Part shown: positions 1 through 11,149 of the stretch, one piece after another
Layout of the letters: every line of letters begins with the position of its first letter
How positions within the stretch are numbered: the first letter of the stretch is position 1
Assembly (NCBI GenBank): GCA_965242925.1
Contig: CBDEUM010000034.1
Location: 96,001-160,000, forward strand
Direction of reading: 5' to 3'
DNA: 64,000 nt
DNA from: Roseibacillus sp.
Lineage (GTDB): Bacteria > Verrucomicrobiota > Verrucomicrobiia > Verrucomicrobiales > Akkermansiaceae
Translations under genes and position numbers: made by a program
The notes under the pieces: generated by a model
Told to the model about the DNA's origin: nothing
Databases searched by the model: none
The model's input: only the letters and a program-made list of their open reading frames with translations

Positions 1-3000
1 GAGTGCGATCCGCCGGCTCCGGAGTCCCAGGCCGGAGCAGCAGTGGGCGGATTGCGGGAGGCGATCTGGACGCCGTTGAGATAGGCAATGAAGCCGTCGT
101 CGTACTTCATGCGCAAGGTGAGGGTCAGGAGATCACCCGGATTGGCGCCCCCAAAGGGGATGCGCAGGTAGGCGGTCGGGTGCCTGGTGAACATCTCCGT
201 GTGCAGATCGAGAGAGATCTCGTCCTGGTAGCCGCTGCTGTCCTCATATCCCACCCCGGTGGTTCCCGCGAGCCAGGTGGAATCATTGAAGGAGGGGGTG
301 CGCCAGGTGGCGTCCACCGAACCATCGGCGGGCACGAGGGCGCGGACCGGAGCACCGGCGGCCAGCAGGGTCACCGCATTGGTTCCACTGGAGGCGCTGG
401 AAGCGGCAGGATTGATGGCGCCTCCGGTCAGACGGGGATCGGAGCCGTCTGTCGTGTAGTGGACCGTAGAATCGGCTGCAAAGCGCACATTGAAGCCGGG
501 CAGGACCACTCCTCCATGCTGGTTGAACTCGGGGGCATCGAGATCGGGATAGAGGTTGTGGCTGCGCATCTGGCTGAAGACCACGGCCTGCCGGCGAGGA
601 AAGTAGGTGTTCGTCATCCTGGCGTTCTGCGCATCCCAGTGATCCTGCACGGTGCGGAGACCGGACCCCTTGGCGTCGCCCCAGCGGGCCGACTCGGCAA
701 AAAGCGCGGGACGGGCGATTGCAGCCAGCTTGTTCCAGCGGGCGAGGTTGCTGACCACCGTCATGGCTCCGCCGTGGTGATAGTGTTTGTAGACGCGATC
801 GGCAAAGCGCATGCGGTATTCGACATTGGCTCGGAGCGGGATTTCGATCTCGCCCGGCGATTCGGTCCACCAGTTGTGGCCCGGGGAGGTCTGCACCTTG
901 TTGCCGCCGTTGGGATTTCCCCCCGCAAAGGGAATGTCGTTGTCCCAGGTGAAGAACTTAAAGCCATCGGTGCGTCCCCGAATCCGGTCACGGATGACGT
1001 AATAGTTGCCAGGCCAGTCGACCTGAGCGTGGTAGTGGCCGTTGATCACGTAGTCGATGAAGTTGTCGATGTCGATGAGGACGGGATAAGCCCGGTTGGG
1101 AGAGCCGTCCGGATTGTTGCCCTGAATACGCTGATAGTCCGCCGTGGTGCTGAGTCCTGCATTGGCCTCGCTGCGCAGTTGGTTCCACATCGTGATGGTC
1201 CCTGCGGTGGAACGATCCGGACAGCAGAACTTCACGACGTCGTATTGGCTCCTGTCTCCCCCGAGGTATGTTTCCGCGAACGAGTCGTCGGGCCGCTCGG
1301 TGGGATTGTAGAACCCCCAATAGATTCCGTTGAGGTAGACATGGGCGAAGATTCCCCGCACCGCCGGTTGACCCATGTCGAATTGCGCGCGCTTGCACCA
1401 CTCGTCACCTATGTAGAAGGCTGACCCGAAGCCCTGGTATTCCGTGAGCCAGGCATCACGGATGTTGCCCCGGAGGGCGATGGTGTTGAACTCGCCCGGC
1501 CCTTCGTCACCGAGAATGGGATACTGCATCCGGGCATCGCCATATTCCTTCTTGAAGAGAAGCCTCATGTTGAGTTTGGGCGTGGCATTGAGATTCCGGG
1601 ACGTGTAGCCCATGATACGCAGTCCAGCATTGGTCTGGTAGCGCCCCAGACCATCCTCCCCGATGATCTCCACTGAAACCGGCCGCTCCCACTGGGATCC
1701 GCGACCGGAGGGGTTGAGATAGATGCCGGATCCGGAATCAAAGAGATTGTCGCGATCGGTCACGATCGAAATGGTGGGAATAGACTCCAGGGAAGCGACA
1801 ATGGCGGCCCGGGCTTCGCGGGGGGTGAAGGAACGGTTACCTGCGGCCCGGGCATAATCGGTGGAATTCTGATCCATGGCGTAGTCCGCGGTGACACCCC
1901 AATTGGTGGGATAGCCGGCCGGATGACCCTGGGTGGCGACCGCATCGAGGAAGAGGTAGCTGTGGGTGTCGACATTGGTGGGATGGAAACCGGCCTTGAA
2001 GGCGGCCGCCCGCAAGACAGTGGTGGTGCGGATACTGACCGGCCCGGTGTAGACGCTCCCGTGCCTCTCGGTGGGAGTCGATCCGTCGGTGGTATAGCGG
2101 ATCGTTGCGCCCGAGGTGCTGGAAGTGATCACCACCGAAAACGGCGTGCGGTGAAATCCGCGGTCCACGCTGAAACTGGTGTCGGCCACAAAGCCGACGA
2201 CGCCGGTGGGGTCATTGGGAGCGCCCGGGGTGGGGGTGGTGAAGTATCGAGCCGAGGACACATCGTGACTGACTCCGGAAAGGCGCGGGGAGGCAACAAA
2301 ATCGGCGTCGCCCGCGAGCACGTTGAGACCCTGCACCGCCAGGACATTGCCAGTCGGCATGAGGGTGCCCGGAGGCAGGGCGACCTGGAACAGCTCGGCG
2401 CCGTTTCCTTCCGCAGTGGCGGCAGAATTCCAGGCGGGCACCCCCGGGGCATTGCGGTTGGCAATGGGCACGCCGTTGATCCAGGCGGCAAACCCGTCGT
2501 CGTAGCCCATTCCAAGTTGCAGGGTGTCGACCGCGGACGGATCAGCCACCTCAAAGGGAACGCGAACCACGATGCTGGAATTGTTGTTGAGCATGGAGGC
2601 TTCGACATCGGTCTCGATGTCATTGGCCGCATGGGGGCTGTATTTGAAGGTGCCCGCCGCGTATCGATTGGACGGACCACCGTCCTCGCTGGAGGGAAAA
2701 CTTCCGGCATCGCCAAAGCGCGAATTCCCCACGAACTGGATGAGGCTGCCACCCGTATCGATATCGAGTCCGTCAAGCGCGGAAACCCCCTGGTTTCCGT
2801 TCCTTTCACCCGAGCCGTAGCCGTAGGCCACCATGGTGTAGTCTCCCCGGCGCGAGGATGAGAGGCGCAACCAGTGGCTTGAAGCGGGTTCCTCCTTCCA
2901 GTGTTCCGGGATTGGCCCCGGTGAAGCTCTCGGTCGCGAGCACCGATCCTGCGTCGTCTCCACTGCGACTCCAGAGCTGGGCCGTGATGTTGCGGTTCAG

Positions 3001-3738
3001 TCCGTCGGAACCGTCATCAAAGACGCCCAAATCGGTAACCCGGACATCCTGGAGAGCCACGAAGTCCATTCCAAGCGACCCGCTGTAGGATTGGTTGCCC
3101 GGCACTCCCGCTTCCACCAGGTAAGCGGTATGGAATCCTGGCCCACCCCCGAGAACCGGTCCCGGCGAAGTGTTGTAGCCCACTGCCGCCCGGCCGGTGG
3201 TCCACGTGCCATCGTCGAAGCCAGGCTGAATCCAGTCGGGCGAAAGAGTGGCGGCGGGCACCCGGTAACGCGCGTTGGAGCCCGGCACCACCAGCGATTC
3301 CTGCTCAGTCAACAGCCCGTATCCCACATCTTCGCGTTGGGAGGGAACGATAGCATATTCGAAAGCCACCGAGTCATCAGGGCGCAGCAAGGTCAACGGC
3401 TCACCGGAAGCATCGAGTTTGAACGTGGTGTGCAGATGTCCTGCGCCATCGACATGATTCTCGATGGCCTGGCCGGAGGCGAAGACCACGAGATAGCCCC
3501 CGCCGGGAAGGAAAGTTCCCGCCGGAAAGCGCCAGGTTTCCATGTTGTCACGCAAGCCCCACCCAGCCAGAGCGACCTCGGCGGCGTCCGGATTGTGAAT
3601 TTCGATCCAGTCGGGATAGTTGCCGTCTCCGTCCGCGAGGATGCCGCTGTTGGACGCCATGAACTCCGAGATGACGGGTTCAGCCAGGAGGGAGGGGAGG
3701 GCGGCCCATGCAAGTGCTATGGCAATACGGGTGGTCAT
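1..3738 (-). CDS. Secreted lamin-tail-domain (LTD)/CotH kinase multidomain protein; one frameshift at ~2845-2848; runs off the left end of the window
   Basis: ORF 2806..3738 has a signal peptide and LTD (PVISEFMASN...DWIEIHN). Removing one G of the G4 run restores ...LILAPGDYTMVAYG..., and the frame then stays open to position 1. It contains YTTDGS repeats and CotH-like motifs (HVYLNGIYWGFYNPTERPD, DIDNFIDY, DWPGN, WDND). Confidence 0.85.
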
Positions 3739-3811
3739 TGGGGATCTGCGAAGCTAGGCAGGGAAACTGGTGATGCAAGCCAGCTCTCTGATCGGCCCTC
3801 ACCGACGCAGG

Positions 3812-4110
3812 TTGCTCCGGGCCTTCGCGAACGATAAATTCTCTTTCGGCGGTGATGGGCCCCCCGATTTCTCTGGTCCTTCCGGAGGCCCAGTTCACGT
3901 GCACCGAGTCTGCCGACTCCGCACCACCGAGACCGATGAGGAGCATTGCGTTGTTCTGTGTGGCATAGCTGTCCCCGCGGTTGCGCTGGAGGAGATTCTT
4001 TTCCCAGCGCACACACGTAGAGACCCTCCAGGCCGTCACCGTCAACATCGGCAACGGAGAGAGCGGTGTGGATGTTGACCGAATCCGGATAGACCCGCGA
4101 GCGGAGAGGA
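3812..4110 (-). pseudogene. Internally deleted remnant of a CRTAC1/ASPIC-UnbV (FG-GAP) gene
   Basis: Reads DSVNIHTALSVADVDGDGLEGLYVC, then after a frameshift in a GT repeat VRWEKNLLQRNRGD-SYATQNNAMLLIGLG...VNWASG. These match two far-apart parts of the intact 8392..11034 protein. Confidence 0.8.
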
Positions 4111-4301
4111 GGGCTCCCCGCCGCCGCCAGAAGAGTAATCGATCGCCCTCGTGTCTTAATTCCGGTCATATCCAGCTGATCATTCAGGTTTTAAAGCAAC
4201 TCGATACTCGACACCTTCAGCAAGGTGGTATTGGAGTGTTGAATTGTTATCGACGCCTCGAAAGCTCGCCCTGTAAGCTGCGACAAATCCAAACGACCTA
4301 C

Positions 4302-6581
4302 ATGAAAACCCAATCTTTCCTGGTGACGGGATTCCTCGTCGCCTGCCTCTTCTGCTTCGCAGGCACCCTCCAGTCGCATGCCGCCATTGCCTATGGCATC
4401 CCCGCTGGCACGGCCGGAACGCAGGCCTACAACGGAGCCCTTGGCAACGATTTCGACGTCAGCAGCCCCGACGGAATCGTGGTGACCCGCCTGGGGGTCT
4501 TTGATGATGGGTCGAACGGTCTCAACTCCACGATCACGGTGGGAATTTTCGACCGGACCACCGCCACCCTGGTGGGTTCCTCTATTACCTTCAGCGGCGA
4601 CGATGGCTCCCTGGAGGACGCAACCCGCTTCGCTGACCTGACTTCACCGATCTCGCTCCCCGCTGGATTCCAAGGGTCGATCGTGGCCCAGGGCTACAAT
4701 GGCAGTGAACAAAACGGGAATGCCGGGACCGGGTCCACGGTGGGAACAACCGACGATGGTGACGGGGCCATCACTTTCGTGGGCGGGTCGCGCTTTGGTC
4801 CAGGCGGGGTGTTCGCTTACCCCACCAGCGTCGATGGCGGGCCTGCCAACCGCTACCATGCCGGCAACTTTGACTTCACTGTTACCAATGTGGACAGTGA
4901 CAACGATGGCCTGCCCGACCACTGGGAGACTCGATTTGGTCTGGACCCCGCCGACCCCAGCGATGCGGACGACGATGGGGATGGTGACGGCTTGGACAAC
5001 CTCGAAGAATACGAAAACGGAACGGATCCGACCGAGCGCGACAGTGACGGCGACAACCTGAGCGATGGTGAGGAAATCAGCGAAGACAACGGTTTTGTTA
5101 CTGATCCCAACAACGCGGATACAGATGGCGACGGTCTGAATGACGACGTGGAGACCAATACCGGCACGTTCGTCAGTGACACCGACACCGGGACTGATCC
5201 CAACGATTCTGACACGGACAATGACGGTGATCTCGATGGCGACGAGGTTGCCGCTGGCTCCGATCCCCACGATTCCAACGACGGTATTCCTGCGCCCTAC
5301 AAGGGGTTGCTGGCGGTGGACTATCTCACCGGGGGGATCGGCACGCAGAGCTTCGGGGAGGGCCTGGGGCACGATTTCGTGGTTAATGAACCGATTTCGG
5401 TGAACGCCCTCGGCGTGTTTGACAGCGGCGCAGACGGACTGGGACTGGAGTTGTCCGCGGAACTCTGGCAGCGCGATGACGCGGGAACCCCCGAGACCTT
5501 CAACGACGACACGGGCATCCAGCTCGCTTCCCTCCTCTTTACCCCCGGTGATCCGGGGTTCCTCCACAATTCGAACCGCTTCAAGGCCCTGCCCAATCCG
5601 ATCACCCTGGAACCGGGCGCTTACACCGTGGTGGGACGAGGATACGGCAATGCCGAGCAGAACGGCAATGAGGGTACCGGCGGACCCCTGATCGATCACA
5701 AGGACATCGATGAAGGCGACGGACTCATCAGCTTCGTGGGGAATTCACGCTTCGGCGGGGGCGGGGTGGGGGTGCAAGACTTCCCCAGCAGCGTGGACGG
5801 CGGCCCCCCGGTGCGCTACAGCGCCGGCACCTTCGCCTACAAGCTGGCCAAGACCGATCATTTCTTCCTGCGCATCACGGCCACCGGCGACGATCTCGTC
5901 TTGGAGTGGGACAGCAAGTTCGGCAAGGTTTACGACATCCTGAGCAACACGGACCTTTCCGCCACTCCGGTCGAGAACTGGCCAGTGCTACGGGGAGACA
6001 TCCCGGCCACCGCTCCCCTCAACACCGAAACCATTCTCCGTCCTCCCGACGACGAGCGCTACTTCGTGGTGGTGGAAAAGGATGGCCCTCCTCTTTTCGA
6101 AGATGATTTGGAGACCGACAAGGGGTGGACCGCGATCGTGAATGATGCCAACGGTAATACCAACTGGGAGCGTGGCACACCCAGCGGCAGCACTGGTCCT
6201 CTCACCGGTGCCGATGGCTCCGCCAATGCCTGGTCCACCAACCAGGGCGACTATGGGCTGGATTCCGACATCTCCCTGCGCTCGCCGGTAATCGATTTGA
6301 CCGGCGTTCCGACCGCCGACCTGTCCTTCGACGTCTTCAGGGATGCCGATGGCTTTGGCGATACCGCCTCGGTGCGTTTCCTGGACGCAACCGGCCTCAT
6401 CCAACTGGGGTTCAGGCAGGCCATCGACATGACGGTTTTCGACGTTGACTGGTCCAACCTGGTCATCCCGGTAGCACCGGAAGCCGTCGGGCAGAACATC
6501 ATCATCGAAATCAATTTCATCAGCGACAACAGCGCGGACTCCTTCAGCGGGCTCTCCATCGATAACATACGCCTGAACTAG
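4302..6581 (+). CDS. Secreted protein: repeated beta domain, bacterial TSP3-like Ca-binding repeats, second domain copy, C-terminal beta-sandwich (MAM-like) region
   Basis: ATG at 4302 starts a signal peptide (MKTQSFLVTG...SHA). DxDxDGLxD repeats; LFEDD...NWERGTP...LRSPVIDL at the C-terminus. Confidence 0.85.
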   Translation: MKTQSFLVTGFLVACLFCFAGTLQSHAAIAYGIPAGTAGTQAYNGALGNDFDVSSPDGIVVTRLGVFDDGSNGLNSTITVGIFDRTTATLVGSSITFSGDDGSLEDATRFADLTSPISLPAGFQGSIVAQGYNGSEQNGNAGTGSTVGTTDDGDGAITFVGGSRFGPGGVFAYPTSVDGGPANRYHAGNFDFTVTNVDSDNDGLPDHWETRFGLDPADPSDADDDGDGDGLDNLEEYENGTDPTERDSDGDNLSDGEEISEDNGFVTDPNNADTDGDGLNDDVETNTGTFVSDTDTGTDPNDSDTDNDGDLDGDEVAAGSDPHDSNDGIPAPYKGLLAVDYLTGGIGTQSFGEGLGHDFVVNEPISVNALGVFDSGADGLGLELSAELWQRDDAGTPETFNDDTGIQLASLLFTPGDPGFLHNSNRFKALPNPITLEPGAYTVVGRGYGNAEQNGNEGTGGPLIDHKDIDEGDGLISFVGNSRFGGGGVGVQDFPSSVDGGPPVRYSAGTFAYKLAKTDHFFLRITATGDDLVLEWDSKFGKVYDILSNTDLSATPVENWPVLRGDIPATAPLNTETILRPPDDERYFVVVEKDGPPLFEDDLETDKGWTAIVNDANGNTNWERGTPSGSTGPLTGADGSANAWSTNQGDYGLDSDISLRSPVIDLTGVPTADLSFDVFRDADGFGDTASVRFLDATGLIQLGFRQAIDMTVFDVDWSNLVIPVAPEAVGQNIIIEINFISDNSADSFSGLSIDNIRLN

Positions 6582-6947
6582 AACCAGGTATGGCCGGACA
6601 ACGGCAGGGATTGGGTTCCTGTGATGGCATGACGATGGGAAACAATCACCGTTTGGCACCCACCGAGATGTCGCCCGCCGGAAAGGGCGCGGGTCTACGC
6701 CCTTCCTTTCCTCGACCTTGTATTTTCCCAGATATTCAAGGCTCAATTATCATCCGGCCCCTGGCACAGGCGGGAGGCCAATTTATCGAGCTGGAATTTC
6801 AGTTAACGGCAGTCCATTCCATTGCTCCTCGCTGGCACGCCAATCGACCTCTTCAAGGGCACGGCAAGTGCGGGAAAAACCCAAATTAGGGGTTGAACCA
6901 GCGCGACCTAACCCCTTTAATGGTGTCCAAGACCCATTAACTCATTG

Positions 6948-7589
6948 ATGAAGACGCTCCTATCAGTCACCGCGGGGACTGCGCTCTTACTTACCAGCGC
7001 CCTCCAATCGCATGCCGCCATTGCCTACGGCATTGACGCCGGCACGGCTGGTACGCAAGCCTATAACGGAGCGCTCGGCAACGATTTTGACGTCGTCAGC
7101 ACGACCGGAATCTCGGTGACCCGCCTGGGCGTCTTTGATGACTCATCCGATGGTCTCAACTCCACGATTACGGTGGGAATTTTTGACCGGACCGACGGCT
7201 CTCTGGTTGGTTCCTCGATTGCATTCAGTGGTAACGATGGCTCGCTGGAAGGCGGGACCCGCTTCGCTACCCTGCTCTCACCCATCACTCTTCCAGCCGG
7301 ATTCCAAGGATCGGTCGTGGCCCAGGGCTATAATGCCGCTGAGCGAAACGGGAACGGCGGGACCGGATCCACGCCTGGAACGACCGACGACGGTGGCGGC
7401 GCCATCAGTTTTGTGGGTGGTTCGCGCTTTGGGCCAGGCGGGGTGTTTGCTTACCCCACCAGCGTCGATGGCGGGCCTGCTAACCGCTACCATGCCGGCA
7501 ACTTCGACTACGACGTCATTCCCGAGCCCTCCTCCCTGGCCCTTCTTCTTGGTGCCTTCGGATTCGTCGGCTTGCGTCGGCGTCGCTAA
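6948..7589 (+). CDS. PEP-CTERM sorting domain protein A
   Basis: Signal peptide; C-terminus IPEPSSLALLLGAFGFVGLRRRR (PEP, TM helix, Arg cluster). Confidence 0.93.
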   Translation: MKTLLSVTAGTALLLTSALQSHAAIAYGIDAGTAGTQAYNGALGNDFDVVSTTGISVTRLGVFDDSSDGLNSTITVGIFDRTDGSLVGSSIAFSGNDGSLEGGTRFATLLSPITLPAGFQGSVVAQGYNAAERNGNGGTGSTPGTTDDGGGAISFVGGSRFGPGGVFAYPTSVDGGPANRYHAGNFDYDVIPEPSSLALLLGAFGFVGLRRRR

Positions 7590-7625
7590 CAATCGTTTTT
7601 ACCAACCCACGAAACAACTCATCAA

Positions 7626-8255
7626 ATGAAACTCAACCTGGCCTTCTTCAGCTGCGCAGCGATTCTGCTCAGCGCATCATCCCAACTGAGTGCTGCCATC
7701 GCGCTCACCGTCCCCGCTGGAGCGACGTTCAATCAACACCACAATGGATTGCTGGGAATGGATTTCGATGTCACCGGGCCGGACGGGATCATCGTCTCAC
7801 GTCTGGGTGCCTTCGACTCGGGGCAGGATGGAATTCTCGGGACGATCAATGTGGGAATCGTGGACCGCACCACAGGGCTCGTGGTGGGAGAAACCCTTTC
7901 GTTCTCCGGGGACGCCGGCGACGTTGTGGACGGGAGCCGCTTTCTTAACCTCGCGACTCCTATCACGCTGGCCAATGGTTTTCAGGGCTCCATCACGGCG
8001 CAGGGCTACGGTCAGGAAGGCAACGGCAACGGGCAGGTCTCAACGATCGATGACGGCGGCGGTTTGATCAATTTTGTGGGAGGAGCTCGCTGGGGCGGAG
8101 ATGACCCCATCAGCCTGGCGCCGAATGCCGATGGCGGTCCGGCGAATCGCTACTTTGCCGGTACTTTTGATTATCGGGCAGTTCCGGAGCCGGGCTCCCT
8201 GGCCTTACTTCTTGGCGCGGTAGGGCTCTTGGGCCTTCGTCGTCGCCGGGCATAA
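7626..8255 (+). CDS. PEP-CTERM sorting domain protein B
   Basis: Signal peptide; C-terminus VPEPGSLALLLGAVGLLGLRRRRA. Confidence 0.93.
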   Translation: MKLNLAFFSCAAILLSASSQLSAAIALTVPAGATFNQHHNGLLGMDFDVTGPDGIIVSRLGAFDSGQDGILGTINVGIVDRTTGLVVGETLSFSGDAGDVVDGSRFLNLATPITLANGFQGSITAQGYGQEGNGNGQVSTIDDGGGLINFVGGARWGGDDPISLAPNADGGPANRYFAGTFDYRAVPEPGSLALLLGAVGLLGLRRRRA

Positions 8256-8391
8256 GGTCCGCTCCCCATCCGGGAGAGATCCCGCGCCCCATCCGAGGGA
8301 CGGTACGATGTGCCCTTGCGGAGGCGGTAGCCGGGATACTCGTTTGCGAGAGTCCGAAAACTCCTCCTGATCGGACCACTTACTTGGCGTA

Positions 8392-11034
8392 GTGAAACGG
8401 CGGGCGTCATTGAATGGGCAGGTGATCGCAGGGCAGCCGCCCCGGTTGCCACGTCCCGGGAGGCCTTCTCTGTTCCGGCAGGGGAAGCGTTCGTCCCCCG
8501 GACAATCTTCTCGTCTGCCGTCGAGAGATCCCGGAAGGGCGTGCGTTGTGGCCTTGTCCGCCGCGCTGCTCATGCTGGCGGGGTGCGGAGAAAAGGAGTC
8601 CGACCCATCCACCAAAGATTCCGAACAAGCTGATGCCGATCTCGCCGCTTCCCTGGTGGCCTCCGAAGAACTGATCCTCGCCCTGACCCCCCGCCTGAGG
8701 AAATTCGAGCCCAGCTTGTTCTCCTCCTCCAGCCTCTATTACGCACTGGAGAAGTCAGTTCACTCCGATACGCGCTACGCGAACTGGGGCGTAAGAAATA
8801 GAGAGTGGGCCACGCCCGCTTCGGCGCCGGCAGCCAACCCGCCGGCCCTCGACGACCTCGTGACTCCGCCGGAGGGAACGTTCCCGACCCTCTCCCGGCC
8901 TCGGTTGGCCATTGTGTCCGCACGTTTCCATGCCGCTCGGACTCAATTCCGAACGGAAATACAGTGTAGCGCCTCGGCCCCGGGAGTTTGGATTCGCTCC
9001 CGCCATACCGTTGCCTGGATCAAGAGCGGCCGTTCGCCTTCCGCGTGGCAGATCTCGGCCTGGCACCAGACCAGGCTCACCGTGTCACAAAGCCCCACCC
9101 CCCTCTTTGAGGAGGTCCTCGACAAGGCCGTTCCCGATCCGCAATCCTTGGCCGCGGCCCGCACCTCGCTGCACCAGAAAATCCTGGTGGATGGCTACTT
9201 TGGCGGAACCCGTCCCCCTCTTCCAAAAGGCTACAGCGACACCCGCTTCTTCGCGGACTCGACCAACATTCACCCCGCCCTCTCGGTGGTCGACGTCGAT
9301 GGCGACGGCCACGATGATCTCTACGTCTGCGTCCGCTGGGGCAGAAACCTGCTCCTCCGCAATAGGGGCGATGGCACGTTTGAGGAGTGCGCTGCCCGCT
9401 ACGGGCTCGACATCGACGGACGAAACACAGTGGCCCTTTTTGCCGATTTCGATAACGATGGCGATCCCGATCTGTTGCTCGGCCGCAGCCTGGAACGAAG
9501 CCTCTTTCTGGTGAATGTGGGGGGACGCTTTGAGCCTCATCCCGAGCCGGTTTCGAACGGTTCTCTGCCCTGGTTGGTCACCTCTGCCTCTGCCGCCGAT
9601 TTCAACAATGATGGTCTGTTGGATCTCTATATTTGCACTTACAGTCCGCTTGACATCAGTTCCCGGACCTCCGGGTTGCCGGACCGGAGCAGCCTGGAGT
9701 GGGCCCGGCGCTTCCTTCCCGCTGAGCAAGCCGCCGAAGTCGTCCGCCGGCGGGCTGGCGCCCACAGCTATCTCTCTCAGGTGGGCCCTCCCAACGTTCT
9801 CCTCCTGGGACGAGGAACGCACTTTGAGATCGCACCGGATGCCGCAACGCTCCTCGGCTACCGCAACAGCTTCCATGCGGCCTGGAGTGATTTCGATCAG
9901 GATGGCGACCAGGATCTCTACGTCGCCAACGACTTCGCTCCCGATCACTTCTTTCGAAACGAAGGGGCCGAGGGATTCAGCGAGGTTGCCAGAGAGATCG
10001 GGCTTGACGGCCTGGGCTTTGCGATGGGGGCGGCCTGGGGTGACTATGACGGCGATGGGTGGGACGATGTCTATGTCTCCAACATGTACTCGAAGGCGGG
10101 CCGCCGCATCACCGGCCGAATCCCCGGACTCGACCGCCGATTCTCCGCCATCTCGGGCGGCAACTTCCTCTACCGCAATCGCGGAGATGGAACCCTGGAG
10201 CGGGTTTCGGGAGCCGACGACAAACCCGTCCCCGTCCACGACGCCGGCTGGTCGTGGGGTGGACAATTCTGCGATTTCGATAACGACGGACACCTCGACC
10301 TTTATGTTTCCAGCGGCTTCTACACGCCTCCACCGGGGGAGGATATCGGAGTCGATTTGTGAAGTTGCCTTTGGCGCTCGGTCGTGCGCTCCGACAGTTC
10401 CCTGCCTCCGGATTTTCGCGCCGAAAAGACTTGGACGACCGATCCCAATACCGGGGCCCACGCGCCTGCCCTCAATCGAACGGATTTCTACAATGGTCCG
10501 GATTACCACCGGCATTCCTACAGCGGTTACGAGCACAACAAATTTTATCTGAATGTCGGCGGGAAGACCTTTTCAGACCTCTCTGGAGTCTCCGGGGTCG
10601 ACAACATCGCGGACGGTCGAAGCTGGTGTGCTCTCGACTACGACCAGGACGGCTGGACCGATATCGCGCTGGTCAACTCGAATCACCCCCTGCTGAATCT
10701 CTACCGAAATCGGATGGGCGAGCGGTCCAAGAACAATCATCTCAAAATTCGCCTGCTCGGCGGGGCGCGAGCTGGCGAGCGGTCCATGGCATGGAGCAAT
10801 CGTGACGCGGTGGGCGCCGTGGTAGAAATCACGACCGGCTCTCGCACGCTGCGGCGCGTTCGCCAACTGGGAGAAGGCTATGCCGCCCAGAACAGCGCCA
10901 CCCTGACGATCGGGATTGGTGAGGCGCTCGCTGCGGAATCACTTCGGGTCACCTGGCCTTCGGGGAAGACCACCAAGATCATGACCCCGATCCCGGCAGG
11001 AGTGGTTCTCACCCTCAAGGAACGTCCGGACTAA
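8392..11034 (+). CDS. CRTAC1/ASPIC-UnbV family FG-GAP repeat lipoprotein; candidate selenoprotein (in-frame TGA at 10360-10362); true start probably downstream of 8392
   Basis: Lipobox LAGC (Cys codon 8584) and many DxDxDGxxDL repeats. ORFs 8392..10362 and 10384..11034 share a frame and are separated only by the TGA and 7 sense codons. C-terminal ASPIC/UnbV motif GEGYAAQNS...VTWPSG. Confidence 0.85.
10363..10394 (+). promoter_or_regulatory. Candidate bacterial SECIS element
   Basis: GCGC(10374-77) pairs with GCGC(10386-89), with a C-G pair closing a GGUC loop at +18..+21 after the UGA; lower stem UUGG/CCGA is possible. The loop sequence and spacing resemble the E. coli fdhF SECIS. Confidence 0.65.
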
Positions 11035-11149
11035 GAACGGATCAGGTTTGGTTTACCACCCCTGATATTCTTCGATTCAACGCTACGTTATCGTTCGTAT
11101 TTGCTCGTTTCAACTGGACCCATTTTTCGAAGATAGACAGGATTGGTCA

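Noticed and set aside
3..2861. Long plus-strand ORFs 3..1424 and 1923..2861, and similar ones such as 9085..10536 and 32076..33710
   Set aside because: Antisense shadows of real genes in GC-rich DNA; no recognisable motifs.
3981..4301. N-terminal extensions in the ORF track (also 24407-24736 and 39577-39855)
   Set aside because: They overlap neighbouring features, and downstream ATGs give proper signal peptides.
4890..5285. Short recurring gacggcgac-type motifs as a CRISPR array or DNA repeat
   Set aside because: Explained by DxDxDG protein repeats; no constant repeat-spacer period and no cas genes.
6833..6848. Sigma54-like TGGCACG upstream of the PEP-CTERM genes
   Set aside because: The -12 element reads TCGA rather than TTGC; too weak to call.
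10359..10805. Alternative-frame ORF starting at the GTG overlapping the TGA
   Set aside because: No family motifs; the ASPIC/UnbV sequence continues in the original frame.
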